Shown: one piece after another, positions 16,620-26,374 of the stretch
Layout of the letters: each line of letters begins with the position of its first letter
Numbering within the stretch: position 1 is the first letter of the stretch
Origin: Chthoniobacteraceae bacterium
GTDB taxonomy: Bacteria; Verrucomicrobiota; Verrucomicrobiia; Chthoniobacterales; Chthoniobacteraceae
DNA: 38,335 nucleotides
Assembly (NCBI GenBank): GCA_040081625.1
Contig: JBEBGD010000048.1
Span: forward strand, 1-38,335
Reading direction: 5' to 3'
The notes under the pieces: generated by a model
The model's database searches: none
What the model was told of the DNA's origin: nothing
Seen by the model: only the letters and a program-made list of their open reading frames with translations
Made by a program: the position numbers and the translations under genes

Positions 16620-18401
16620 ATGGCAAGTCACCGCGCTCTCATCTCCACGTGTCTGCTCGCGCTCGCGCTGGCGACGAGCGGGTGCGCGACGAAGTTCGTC
16701 GCCAAGCCGGTCAATCCGCTGCGTCCCGCGCAGACCGCGGGATGGGAACCCGGCGAGCTCAGCCCCGCGACGCAGGCGCGCGTGAAGGCGCTCCCAGCGG
16801 AGCCTGCCGCGGCAATCGCCGCGCTCGACCCGCTCGCTGCGCGCGATCCAGCAGCGCGGCGCGCGGTGATCGAACTGGCGCTCGCGGCAGGGATGCAGGC
16901 GCACGCGAAATTCCTCACCGATCGCGGCGCGGCGGGCCTCTACCTGTGCGCGGCGGAGCACGCCTTCGATGCTCGCACGCAGGGCGGCGCGGACTTCCAG
17001 CGCTTCGCCCGCGAAGCGAGCCGCTATGCGCTCGCGCGGCTGGCGGGCTTGCGCGAGGTGGCGATCAAGAACGGCGTGCCTCTCGATGCGGAGATCGTCG
17101 GGCCGACGCGGAGCTATCGCGTGGCGTGGCGCACCGACGCGCCGGGCGCCGTGCGCGTGGAGCAATTCAGTGCGCTCGTCGCGACCGATCGTTACCGAGT
17201 GGTCGGTGCGCGCGAACTGGCGCTCGTGGAAGGCGCGGGCACGCCGCTGATCGGCAAGGTGAACGGGCCCGTGGGGAAGGCCGCGGCGGAAGCCGTGACG
17301 ATGGAGGATGGCCTGTGGGTGCCGCTGACGGCGACGGTCGAGTTCGGTGCGCCCGGTCCCGTGCGCACCGCGACCTTTGCGATCTATGATCGCAAGCGCG
17401 TGGAGAGCGCGATGATCGGCGGGCGACGCGAGACGCTGGCGGGCGATTTCTCGACGCCCTTCGCCGTGCGCACGCGGGAACTCGACCAGCAAAGCTTCCT
17501 GACCCTCGGCATCCTTGGCTTCCTGCGCGGCGATCGGTGGTTCGAATACACCGGCCTTTACCCGCTCGAGACGCCGACCACGGACAAGATCCCCGTCGTC
17601 TTCGTGCACGGCCTGCTGAGCGATCCGAACGACTGGCGCTTCCTCCACAACGCGATGCTCGCCGATCCGCAGATCCGGGAGAACTACCAGTTCTGGGCCT
17701 TCTACTATCCCACGAGCATGGCCGTGCCGTGGTCGGCCACTCGATTGCGGCAGGGCCTCGCCCACGCGCGCGAGCGGCTCAATCCCGGCGGCCAAAATCC
17801 GCGGCTCGGCCGGATGATCGTGCTCGGGCACAGCATGGGCGGACTGCTCACGCGCATGCAGATCGTGAGCGGCGGCGATGCGATCTATCACCGCTATTTC
17901 AAGAAGCCGCCCGAGCAGCTCCGGCTCAGCGCCAGCGAGAGGGCGATGGTGCGCGACATGTTTTTCTTCGAGCCGAACCCGGACATCGACGAGACCGTTT
18001 TCATCTGCACGCCGCACCAGGGCAGCCTGCTCGCGAGCAACTGGATCGGAAAAATCGGCCGCATGATCGCGCGCCTGCCGCTGACGATCATCGAGACGAC
18101 CGCGAACATCGTGACGCTCAACGCCGACGCGCTCACCGCCGACGTGCAGTTGCAACCCGGCACCAGCATCGACTCGCTCAGCCCCGGCGGGAAGTTCGCG
18201 AGCATCGTGCAGGAGCTGCCGATGAGCCCGCGCGTGAAGAAATACAGCATCATCGGAGACCGCGACAAAGTCGTCCCCTACTGGAGCAGCCACATCGAGG
18301 GCGTGCCGGAGACGATCATCCCTTCCGGCCACAGCGGACCCGAGCACGAGCAGTGCGCGGCGAAAGTGCGCGAGCTGTTGCGCAAGCACGCCGCCAGATG
18401 A
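16620..18401 (+). CDS. alpha/beta-hydrolase (lipase/esterase) lipoprotein
   Basis: Lipobox ATSG-C after ATG 16620. VFVHGL oxyanion motif, GHSMGG nucleophile, TPHQGS, D-KVVPYWSSH and a C-terminal GH. Confidence 0.85.
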   Translation: MASHRALISTCLLALALATSGCATKFVAKPVNPLRPAQTAGWEPGELSPATQARVKALPAEPAAAIAALDPLAARDPAARRAVIELALAAGMQAHAKFLTDRGAAGLYLCAAEHAFDARTQGGADFQRFAREASRYALARLAGLREVAIKNGVPLDAEIVGPTRSYRVAWRTDAPGAVRVEQFSALVATDRYRVVGARELALVEGAGTPLIGKVNGPVGKAAAEAVTMEDGLWVPLTATVEFGAPGPVRTATFAIYDRKRVESAMIGGRRETLAGDFSTPFAVRTRELDQQSFLTLGILGFLRGDRWFEYTGLYPLETPTTDKIPVVFVHGLLSDPNDWRFLHNAMLADPQIRENYQFWAFYYPTSMAVPWSATRLRQGLAHARERLNPGGQNPRLGRMIVLGHSMGGLLTRMQIVSGGDAIYHRYFKKPPEQLRLSASERAMVRDMFFFEPNPDIDETVFICTPHQGSLLASNWIGKIGRMIARLPLTIIETTANIVTLNADALTADVQLQPGTSIDSLSPGGKFASIVQELPMSPRVKKYSIIGDRDKVVPYWSSHIEGVPETIIPSGHSGPEHEQCAAKVRELLRKHAAR

Positions 18402-18433
18402 TCTTCGCCCTCGATTCAGCCATCTCCTCAGCC

Positions 18434-19837
18434 ATGTCCCTCCTCCGAACGCTCCCCCTCCTCCTCCTGCTCGCCCGCGTCGTCGCCGCTGAGGCGCCGG
18501 GTCTTTTCATCGAAGGCTACGCCGGTAAGCTCAGCGTCGCGCCGGGTGAAGCGGTCACGTTTCACGTCTCGACGACGGCGGCGAAATTCTCCGCCGAGAT
18601 CGCGCGCGTCGGTGCGAAGACGGAGACGGTGTGGACGAAGAAGGACCTGCCAGGCAGCGAGCAAGCGGTGCCGGAGGATGCGTCGTCGCACGGGTGCCGG
18701 TGGGCGGAGACGTTTCGCATCGACGTGCCGAAGGACTGGCGCAGCGGATATTATCAGGTGCGCTTCCGCGCGGAGGATCGCGGCGGGAAATACACGCAGC
18801 GCGGGGCACGCACGGCGGAGAGCAGCGCGTATTTCATCGTGCGCGCGGCCGAGCCGGGGAAGGCGACGAAAATCCTGCTGCAGCTCAGCACGAACACCTA
18901 CAACGCATACAACAACTGGGGCGGCTTCAGCGTGTATGCCTACAACGGCCGCGCGAAGAACCAGGGCAGCCGCGTGTCCTTCGACCGGCCGCCCGCGTCG
19001 CAGTTCGGCAATTGGGAGGCGCCCTTCGTCGCTTGGGCGGAAAGCCACGGCTACACGCTCGACTACGCCGCCAATAGCGATCTGGAGTTTCATCCCGAAC
19101 TGCTCGCGCACTACAAGCTCGTGCTCAGCATCGGCCACGATGAATATTGGTCCACGCCAATGCGCGACGCGCTCGAGGCCTTCATCGGCAAGGGCGGCAA
19201 CGTCGCGTTCTTCAGCGGCAACTCCGTGTGCTGGCAGACTCGCAGCGAGGACAAAGGCCACGCCTTCACCTGCTACAAGCAGAACTACTCGGTCGATCCC
19301 GTGTGGCAGACCGGCGACCATCGCACGCTCTCGACGCTATGGAGTCATCACCTCGTGAAGCGCCCGGAGAACCAGCTCACGGGCGTCGGATTCCTATGGG
19401 GCGGCTACCGCAACAGCCACGGGCAATTCATGGGCGAGCCCGCGGAATACACGGTGCATCGGCCCGAGCACTGGATCTTCGCCGGCACCGAACTGAAGCG
19501 CGACGCGAAGTTCGGCGGCAAGGACACGATCGTCGGTTACGAGTGCGACGGCTGCGAACTGACGTGGAAGGACGGGCTTCCCTTTCCCACACATCGCGAC
19601 GGCACGCCGGACACCTTCACCGTGCTCGCGACGTGCCCTGTCCGCTGGCACCCCGACGACGCCGAGTGGTATGAGCGCTGGGAGAAAGGCCGCACGGGCA
19701 ACGCGTGCCTCGGCGTCTATACGCGCGGCGGCACCGTCTTCACGAGCGGCAGCACCGACTGGGCGCACGGTCTCCGGGGCGGGGACAAGACGGTCGAACA
19801 AATCACGCGCAACGTGCTCAACCGGCTCGGGCGCTAA
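18434..19837 (+). CDS. secreted N,N-dimethylformamidase beta-subunit-like domain protein
   Basis: Signal peptide (alternative ATG at 18398). SVAPGE..FHVS, NTYNAYNNWGG, VSFDRP, GHDEYWS, FFSGN and GYECD motifs. Confidence 0.75.
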   Translation: MSLLRTLPLLLLLARVVAAEAPGLFIEGYAGKLSVAPGEAVTFHVSTTAAKFSAEIARVGAKTETVWTKKDLPGSEQAVPEDASSHGCRWAETFRIDVPKDWRSGYYQVRFRAEDRGGKYTQRGARTAESSAYFIVRAAEPGKATKILLQLSTNTYNAYNNWGGFSVYAYNGRAKNQGSRVSFDRPPASQFGNWEAPFVAWAESHGYTLDYAANSDLEFHPELLAHYKLVLSIGHDEYWSTPMRDALEAFIGKGGNVAFFSGNSVCWQTRSEDKGHAFTCYKQNYSVDPVWQTGDHRTLSTLWSHHLVKRPENQLTGVGFLWGGYRNSHGQFMGEPAEYTVHRPEHWIFAGTELKRDAKFGGKDTIVGYECDGCELTWKDGLPFPTHRDGTPDTFTVLATCPVRWHPDDAEWYERWEKGRTGNACLGVYTRGGTVFTSGSTDWAHGLRGGDKTVEQITRNVLNRLGR

Positions 19838-21636
19838 AGCATCCCTTCGTCCAGCCAGTCGAACTCGCCCGCGAGCACTCGCTGGCTCAGGCGATAGCCG
19901 GCGCGGTCGGTGTTGTGGTGGAGCGCGTGGAAGCGCGCCTCGATCCGCAGCCGCGCCATCTTCCCGAAGATCTCCGCGAGGTCCTTCGAGCGCTGATCGC
20001 CCAACGCAGCCGCGCGCGAGGAAGTCGCCGCCATCGCGAAGATCTCCGCGCCGATCTCGACGAAGCGGCCGAGCAGCACCTGCTCGCGCTCGAGCTTCGG
20101 TCCGTAGCGCGCCATCGCGTGAAACAGGGAACGCGCGAGCCGGTGCGCGGCGCGGTCGATGTAGCCCGCGCGCGGCAGCCACAGCAGCGGATACCACCGC
20201 GCGTAGAAGCCGAGCGCCTTCACCGCCGCCGCCGCGCGCTGGCCCGCAGGCAAACGCGTGTTCAGCACCGGGCCGCCGACCTTGAGATGCGGGTCGAGCA
20301 CTTCGCGCGCGATGAAAAGCCGCATGATCTCGCTCGATCCCTCGAAGATCGTGTTGATCCGCGAATCGCGCAGCATCCGCTCGACGGCGATCGCCGGCTC
20401 GCCGCGCGCAGCCAGCGACTGCGCCGTCTCGTATCCGCGCCCGCCGCGAATTTGCATCGTGTCGTCGGCCATCTCCCACGCGCGCTCGGTCGCCCACATC
20501 TTGCACATCGCCGCCTCGAGCCGCACGTCGGCGGACTTGTCGCGATCGACGATGCTCGCAGCGAAGAGCGTCATCGATTCCATCGCGAAGACATTCGCCG
20601 CCATGCGCGCGAGCTTGTCCGCAATCGCCGCGTGCTTGCCGATCGCCGCGCCCCACTGCACGCGCTCCGCGGCCCATTGACGCGAGATTTGCAGACAGCG
20701 CTTCGCGAAGCCCGTGCACGCGGCGGGCAGCGTGAGCCGGCCCGTGTTCAACGTCGTGAGCGCGACGCGCAGGCCCTTGCCCTCGGCGAGCAGGATGTTC
20801 TCGCGCGGCACGCACACATCGGTGAAGCGCACCACGCCATTGTAGAGCGCGCGCAGTCCCATGAAGTGACACCGACGCACGACCTCCACGCCCGGCATGT
20901 CCATGTCCACGATGAACGCGGTGATCTGGTTCCGCCCGTCCTTCGGCGCCGTGCGCGCCATCACCACGATCACGCCCGCCTTCACGCCGTTCGTGCACCA
21001 GAGCTTCTCGCCATTGATGACGAAGTGCGTGCCGTCCGCTGTCGGCTCCGCGTGCGTTTCCATCTTCGCCGGATCGGAGCCGACGCTCGTCTCGGTCAGC
21101 GCGAAGGCGGAAATCTCGCCGCCGGCGACGCGCGGCAGAAAGCGGCGCTTCTGCTCGTCGGTGCCGAAGATCAGGACCGGCTGCGGCACGCCGATGGATT
21201 GATGCGCGGAGATGATCGCCGTGAGATTTCCGCAATAGCTCCCGAGCATGACGGCCGCGCGGCAGTAGTTCGTCTGCGAAAGCCCGAGCCCGCCATACTC
21301 CTTCGGGATCTTGATCCCGAACGCGCCGAGCTTCGCGAGCCCGTCGATCACCGCGTCGGGAATTTCGCCCGAGCGATCGATCTCATCCGGGTCCACCTGC
21401 TCGCGCAGAAAATCGCCGAGCTTTTTCAGGAACGCGTCGCCCGCCTCGCGATCACCGGTCTGCTGCTGCGGAAAGGGACGCAGCGCCGGCCAGTTCACGC
21501 GGCCCATGAACAGCCCGCCGACAAATCCGCGCTCCGCGTGCGCCGTCTCGCGCGCCGACTCGGTGAGTTCGAGCGCCGCGCGCTGCTCGGGCGTCATGCG
21601 CGACGTGTCGATGACGGGAGCGGGTTCAGTCTTCAT
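19834..21636 (-). CDS. fadE: acyl-CoA dehydrogenase
   Basis: GIKIPKEYGGLGL, AFALTE..VGSD, INGEKLWCTNG, QIRGGRGY and IFEGSSEI. Start at ATG 21636. Confidence 0.9.
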   Translation of the reverse strand: MKTEPAPVIDTSRMTPEQRAALELTESARETAHAERGFVGGLFMGRVNWPALRPFPQQQTGDREAGDAFLKKLGDFLREQVDPDEIDRSGEIPDAVIDGLAKLGAFGIKIPKEYGGLGLSQTNYCRAAVMLGSYCGNLTAIISAHQSIGVPQPVLIFGTDEQKRRFLPRVAGGEISAFALTETSVGSDPAKMETHAEPTADGTHFVINGEKLWCTNGVKAGVIVVMARTAPKDGRNQITAFIVDMDMPGVEVVRRCHFMGLRALYNGVVRFTDVCVPRENILLAEGKGLRVALTTLNTGRLTLPAACTGFAKRCLQISRQWAAERVQWGAAIGKHAAIADKLARMAANVFAMESMTLFAASIVDRDKSADVRLEAAMCKMWATERAWEMADDTMQIRGGRGYETAQSLAARGEPAIAVERMLRDSRINTIFEGSSEIMRLFIAREVLDPHLKVGGPVLNTRLPAGQRAAAAVKALGFYARWYPLLWLPRAGYIDRAAHRLARSLFHAMARYGPKLEREQVLLGRFVEIGAEIFAMAATSSRAAALGDQRSKDLAEIFGKMARLRIEARFHALHHNTDRAGYRLSQRVLAGEFDWLDEGML

Positions 21637-23686
21637 GAAACTTGCGGCCTTCCGCGGCCATTCGTTCGAGCAGCGCGCACGGCGCGATCTCGAATTGGCG
21701 CAGGTCATCTACGATCGCCTTCAACCCGGCGCTGTCCGCAAACCTCAGCGGCCCGCCGCGGAACGGCGCGAAGCCCGTGCCCATCACCATCGCGAAGTCG
21801 ATGTCCGCCGCCGTCTCCGCGACCTTTTCCTCCAAGCAACGCGCAGCCTCCGCGACCATCTGCAGGCTCATGCGCCGCTGGAGTTCCGCACGCGCGATCG
21901 ACGCCGATCCGGACGACCCCACTGCGGGATTCGGCTTCGTGTCGCCGGCGTGGAGATAAAAGCCGCGACCGCTCTTCCTGCCGAGCAGACCGTCGGCGAT
22001 CATCTTCGCGAGCAGCGGCGGCACCGTCATGCGATCAGGGAAATGGCCCGCGAGCGTCGTCGCCACGTCGGCGGCGATATCGATGCCGACTTCATCGACG
22101 AGCCGCAGCGGCCCCATCGGCATCCCGAAGTCGAGCATCGCCTCGTCGATCTCCGCGATCGGCGCGCCGCGCTCGAACAGCCGCACCGCCTCGACGAGAT
22201 ACGGCAGCAGGATGCGGTTGACCACGAAGCCGGGACGATCGCGCACGATCACCGGCAGCTTGCCGATCTGCTGCACAAACGCCGTCGCGCGCTGCGCCAC
22301 CTCCGGCGAAGTCTTCCCGCCGAGCACGACCTCCACGAGCTGCATCTGATGCACTGGGTTGAAGAAGTGAATCCCGACGAGCCGTGTCGGGTCCGGCAGA
22401 TTTCCCGCGAGGAAGGTAATCGGGAGCGCTGATGTGTTCGTCGCCACGATCATGTGCGGCGCCATGTGCCGCGCGAGGCCGGTGATGACCTTCTGCTTCA
22501 CCTCGATCTTCTCGACGACAGCTTCGATGACGACGCTCGCCGGTTGCAACGGCACTTCGCCGACGGTCGGCTGGATGCGGTCCACTCCATCGCGCGCCTC
22601 GACCTTGGTGAAGACGTGACGCTTCACACCAGCCGCGTAGAGCTTCGCGATCGTCGCCACGCCGGCCGCGACGCGCGCCGGATCGATGTCACGCAGGATC
22701 ACGCGAAGCCCGCGTGCGCTCAGCCACTGCGCGATCGCCGCGCCCATCACTCCCGCGCCGATCACCGCAGTAGTGCGCACCTTCTCCGTGACTGGCGGCG
22801 CGCCTTCGATCGTCCGCTTCTTCGCGCTCTCTTGCTGAAAAAAGAGCCGCACCAAATTGCGCGCGGCATCCGTCCGCGCGAGTTCGACCAGCGCCGCACG
22901 CTCGCGGGCAAAGGATTTCGCGAGACTGCCGCCCGCGCCGGCGACGACCACGTCGAGCGCCTTCTCCACCGCCGGGTAATGCCCGCGCGTCTTGCGCCGC
23001 ACCTTCGCCCGGACGAACGGCGCGATCAGCCGCGCGAACATTCCGCGCAAAGGCACCCACGCGCGCCGCGGCAGCCCGCGCTTGAGCGCCAGTCGCGAGG
23101 CCCGCAGCAGCGCTTCGCGCGGCGCGATCTCGTCGATCAAGCCGCAGCGAATCGCCTGCTGCGCGGCGAGCGACTTGCCGGCGAGGATGATGTCGAGCGC
23201 GTGGCGGACGCCGATCAAGCGCGGAAGCCGCGTCGAGCCGCCCCACGCGGGCAGGATGCCGAGCTGCGTCTCGGGCAGGCCGATCTTCGTCGCGCGGTCG
23301 GGCGTCGCGATGCGGTAGTCGCACGCGAGCGCGAGTTCGCATCCGCCGCCGAGGCACGCGCCGTGGATCGCGGCGACCGTCGGCACTTTCAGCGAACTGA
23401 TCCGCGTGAACGTCCCCTGCCCCAGCTCCACCAACTCGCGGAGCGCGTCGTCGGAGAGTGAACTGATCGCATGCAGGTCCGCGCCGGCGATGAAGATCGC
23501 CGGCTTCGCGCTCACGAAAACAACCGCGCGGATCGCCGTGTCCGCGGCGATGGCGTCGAGGTGCGCGCCGAGTTCGAGGAGCGCCGCGCGGTCGAAGACG
23601 TTCGCCGAAGTGCCGGGCCGGTCGAACGTGACCACGCACACGCCGTCGCGATGCGTTTCGCGCTGGATGTTGGACGGCTCGTTCAT
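21626..23686 (-). CDS. fadJ: multifunctional enoyl-CoA hydratase / 3-hydroxyacyl-CoA dehydrogenase (beta-oxidation alpha subunit)
   Basis: [17 protein letters not shown] and GLPETQLG hydratase motifs. GAGVMG, TNTSAL, HFFNP and PGFVVNR dehydrogenase motifs. Start at ATG 23686. Confidence 0.9.
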   Translation of the reverse strand: MNEPSNIQRETHRDGVCVVTFDRPGTSANVFDRAALLELGAHLDAIAADTAIRAVVFVSAKPAIFIAGADLHAISSLSDDALRELVELGQGTFTRISSLKVPTVAAIHGACLGGGCELALACDYRIATPDRATKIGLPETQLGILPAWGGSTRLPRLIGVRHALDIILAGKSLAAQQAIRCGLIDEIAPREALLRASRLALKRGLPRRAWVPLRGMFARLIAPFVRAKVRRKTRGHYPAVEKALDVVVAGAGGSLAKSFARERAALVELARTDAARNLVRLFFQQESAKKRTIEGAPPVTEKVRTTAVIGAGVMGAAIAQWLSARGLRVILRDIDPARVAAGVATIAKLYAAGVKRHVFTKVEARDGVDRIQPTVGEVPLQPASVVIEAVVEKIEVKQKVITGLARHMAPHMIVATNTSALPITFLAGNLPDPTRLVGIHFFNPVHQMQLVEVVLGGKTSPEVAQRATAFVQQIGKLPVIVRDRPGFVVNRILLPYLVEAVRLFERGAPIAEIDEAMLDFGMPMGPLRLVDEVGIDIAADVATTLAGHFPDRMTVPPLLAKMIADGLLGRKSGRGFYLHAGDTKPNPAVGSSGSASIARAELQRRMSLQMVAEAARCLEEKVAETAADIDFAMVMGTGFAPFRGGPLRFADSAGLKAIVDDLRQFEIAPCALLERMAAEGRKFHED

Positions 23687-24897
23687 CGCTCCAGCCATAT
23701 CGCACCTCCCTGCCCGCCGCCGACACAAAGCGACACGAGCGCGCGCCGCGCGTTGCGACGTTTGAGTTCCCGCAGTGCGGTGAGCACGAGCCGCGCGCCA
23801 GTCGCGCCGACCGGATGCCCGAGCGCGATCGCGCCGCCATTCACGTTCAGCTTCTCCTCCGGCACGCCGCCGAGATCGTCGATCACGCTGAGCGTCTGCG
23901 CGGCGAAGGCTTCGTTGATTTCGATGATGTCGGCGTCCTCCAGCGGGCGCCCGATCTTCCGGATCGCGCTGACGGGACCGATGCCCATGCGCGCGGGATC
24001 GCATCCGGTGTAGGCGTAATCGACGAGGCGTCCGAGCGGCGTGAGGCCGAGTTCGCTCGCGCGGCGCGCACTCATCACCAGCAAGGCGACCGCGCCGTCG
24101 GTGATCTGCGACGAGTTCCCCGCCGTGACGGTGCCGAACTTGCGATCGAAGACCGGCGCGAGCTTCGCGAGTTGCGCGAGCGTCTGTCCGTCGCGCGGGC
24201 CGTTGTCCTGCGTGATCGCTTTTCCGTTCACGAAGACGGGACTGATCTCCTCCGCGAGCCGCTCGCGCGCGGCGATGGCGCGCGTGTGCGAGAGCAGCGC
24301 GAACTCATCCTGCCGCTCGCGCGTGAGTGCGTGCTCGCGAGCGAGCAACTCGGCGGTGTCGCCCATGTTCATGCCGGCGACCGGATCGGTGAGGCCGAGC
24401 TTCAGGCCGATGCGCGGCTGGAAATCTGCGGGCCGGAACGCGGCGAACGCGGCGAGCTTCGCGCCGAATGTTTTCGCGCGGGCGACCGTGGCGAACTTGC
24501 GCGCGGTGGCCTGCGGATAGAGCAGCGGCATCTGCGACATGCTCTCCGCGCCGCCGACGATGAACACGGAGCCGCGCCCCGCAGCGAGCCGCTCGGCGGC
24601 AGTCGTGATCGCCTCGAAACCGGACGCGCAATTGCGATGCACCGTCATCGCCGGCACGTGGACCGGCACACCGGCGCGCAGCGCGATCACGCGCGCGATG
24701 TTCATCGAGTCCGCGGGCTGGCCGACGCAGCCGAAGATGACTTCGTCCACGATTGCCGGGTCGATGCCCGTGCGCGTGAGCAGCGCGTTCACGGCGACGC
24801 GGCCGAGTTCGTCGGCGGCGAGGCTCGCGAGGTCGGTGCCCATTCTGCTGAACGGGGTGCGGACGCCGTCGATGATGACGAGTGGGGATTCAGGCAT
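23683..24897 (-). CDS. fadI: acetyl-CoA C-acyltransferase (3-ketoacyl-CoA thiolase)
   Basis: [21 protein letters not shown] and CVGGGQG catalytic motifs. Confidence 0.92.
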   Translation of the reverse strand: MPESPLVIIDGVRTPFSRMGTDLASLAADELGRVAVNALLTRTGIDPAIVDEVIFGCVGQPADSMNIARVIALRAGVPVHVPAMTVHRNCASGFEAITTAAERLAAGRGSVFIVGGAESMSQMPLLYPQATARKFATVARAKTFGAKLAAFAAFRPADFQPRIGLKLGLTDPVAGMNMGDTAELLAREHALTRERQDEFALLSHTRAIAARERLAEEISPVFVNGKAITQDNGPRDGQTLAQLAKLAPVFDRKFGTVTAGNSSQITDGAVALLVMSARRASELGLTPLGRLVDYAYTGCDPARMGIGPVSAIRKIGRPLEDADIIEINEAFAAQTLSVIDDLGGVPEEKLNVNGGAIALGHPVGATGARLVLTALRELKRRNARRALVSLCVGGGQGGAIWLER

Positions 24898-26374
24898 GAG
24901 TGGTTTCTTTCGCGGGCGCGTCGGCTTTCGGCCGGTTGTCGGCGATGCGCTGCTCCTTGAGCTGTTTGCCGACCCCTTGCAACTCGCGCATTTCCGCGCC
25001 GGAGTGGAAGACGATTCGGTTCGCGTTCAGCTCCGTCCCGGTGGCGAGGCGCTCGTTCAGCAGCCTGCGAAGCTCCTCCTCGCCCGTGTCGTCGAGACGC
25101 TGCACATGGAGCACGATCTCGTCCACCTCGAGCGGATCGTCGTCGAGCTTGCGCAGCTCGATCTGCCATGCGCCGATGTGGGCGAAGTCGTCGAGCACGT
25201 GCTCGAGGCGGTTGAAATCGACGAGCGTGCCCTTGAGCTTGCCGAGCTGCATCTGCTTCATCTCCGAGACACGCGAGATGTCGCCGACGAGACGCGGCAC
25301 CACACGCCCGCAATGCGGACACGGCCCGTGGACCACGCCGCCGCTGATCAAGTCGCCGGTGCGATAGCGGAGCACGACGCTGCCGCGCGCGTCGATGGGC
25401 GTGAAGACGATCTCGCCCGGCTCGCCTTCGCCGACGGGCTCGCCAGTCTTCGGGTCGATGACTTCGACGATGCCGAGATCTGGGCAGAGATGATAGCCAC
25501 ACGGCTCCTCGCCCTCCGGCGGCGGGCACGTCGCCCAGGCCATCTTCGACTCGGTGAAGCCGAAGATCGGCAGCACATCGACGCGGGATGCGCCGAGTTC
25601 CGCGGCGAGCTTCGCAAGCTTGCGCCGCAAGCCGGGCGGCGCCTTTTCGCCGCCGAGCACGATCTTGCAGAGCTTCGGGCATTTGTCGCCGTGGGCGACG
25701 GCTTCCTGCATGACATGATAGATGAACGTCGGCATCCCGATGATCACGTCGGGCTGGATTTTGCGGAGCAGCCGCAAATTGCCCTCGGTGCCGAGCGTCT
25801 TGCCGCCGCCGGTGCTGACCATGAAGACGCCGAACTCCGTGCCCGCATAGTGCGCCTGCCAGAATGCGAGATGCGGCGCGAACGGAAACAGGTTGAGCAT
25901 CCGCATGTCGCGCGTGGCGCCACACGTCCGCATGATGCGCTCGCCCGCGAGCGCGAGCCGGTCGATGTCGTGCTGCGAGTAGAGGAAGGCGACCGGCTCG
26001 CTCGATCGACCCGTGGTGCTCGTCATGAGGATCGGGCGAAACTCCCGCTCGAACCCCTCGGCGACCGCGGCGCGCCCGGTGAAGAGTGCGCGCACGATCG
26101 TGCCCGGCCGGCGGGAGAGCACGGCGCGATCGGGCTGGATCACGAAGTCTTTCACGCGATCGGTGATGTCGCTCTTCGAGCTGAACGGAATGCGGCGCAG
26201 GTCGCCGATGGTGCGGAGTTGATCGGGATCAAAGCCGGCGAGCTTCTCGCGGTAATGCGCGGAAAATGGAATGACCGTGTCGCGCAGATAGCGACGCAGC
26301 GCGGCGACCTGCCAGGCGTGAACGGCGTCCTTACGCAGCGGGGGCCAGTCGCGGTTGTGGGATGTCATCGTCAT
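24890..26374 (-). CDS. phenylacetate-CoA ligase (PaaK)-like AMP-forming ligase
   Basis: LRRIPFSSKSD, a variant P-loop STTGRSSEP, GGE, FGFTES, GEIVFT and LRYRTGD. Start at ATG 26374 (or 26368). Confidence 0.8.
   Translation of the reverse strand: MTMTSHNRDWPPLRKDAVHAWQVAALRRYLRDTVIPFSAHYREKLAGFDPDQLRTIGDLRRIPFSSKSDITDRVKDFVIQPDRAVLSRRPGTIVRALFTGRAAVAEGFEREFRPILMTSTTGRSSEPVAFLYSQHDIDRLALAGERIMRTCGATRDMRMLNLFPFAPHLAFWQAHYAGTEFGVFMVSTGGGKTLGTEGNLRLLRKIQPDVIIGMPTFIYHVMQEAVAHGDKCPKLCKIVLGGEKAPPGLRRKLAKLAAELGASRVDVLPIFGFTESKMAWATCPPPEGEEPCGYHLCPDLGIVEVIDPKTGEPVGEGEPGEIVFTPIDARGSVVLRYRTGDLISGGVVHGPCPHCGRVVPRLVGDISRVSEMKQMQLGKLKGTLVDFNRLEHVLDDFAHIGAWQIELRKLDDDPLEVDEIVLHVQRLDDTGEEELRRLLNERLATGTELNANRIVFHSGAEMRELQGVGKQLKEQRIADNRPKADAPAKETTHA

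Noticed and set aside
17537..18433. Apparent 300-aa N-terminal extension of the DMFase-like ORF (possible fusion or frameshift)
   Set aside because: It overlaps the alpha/beta-hydrolase in another frame and is low-complexity Arg-rich. A clean signal peptide starts at 18434.
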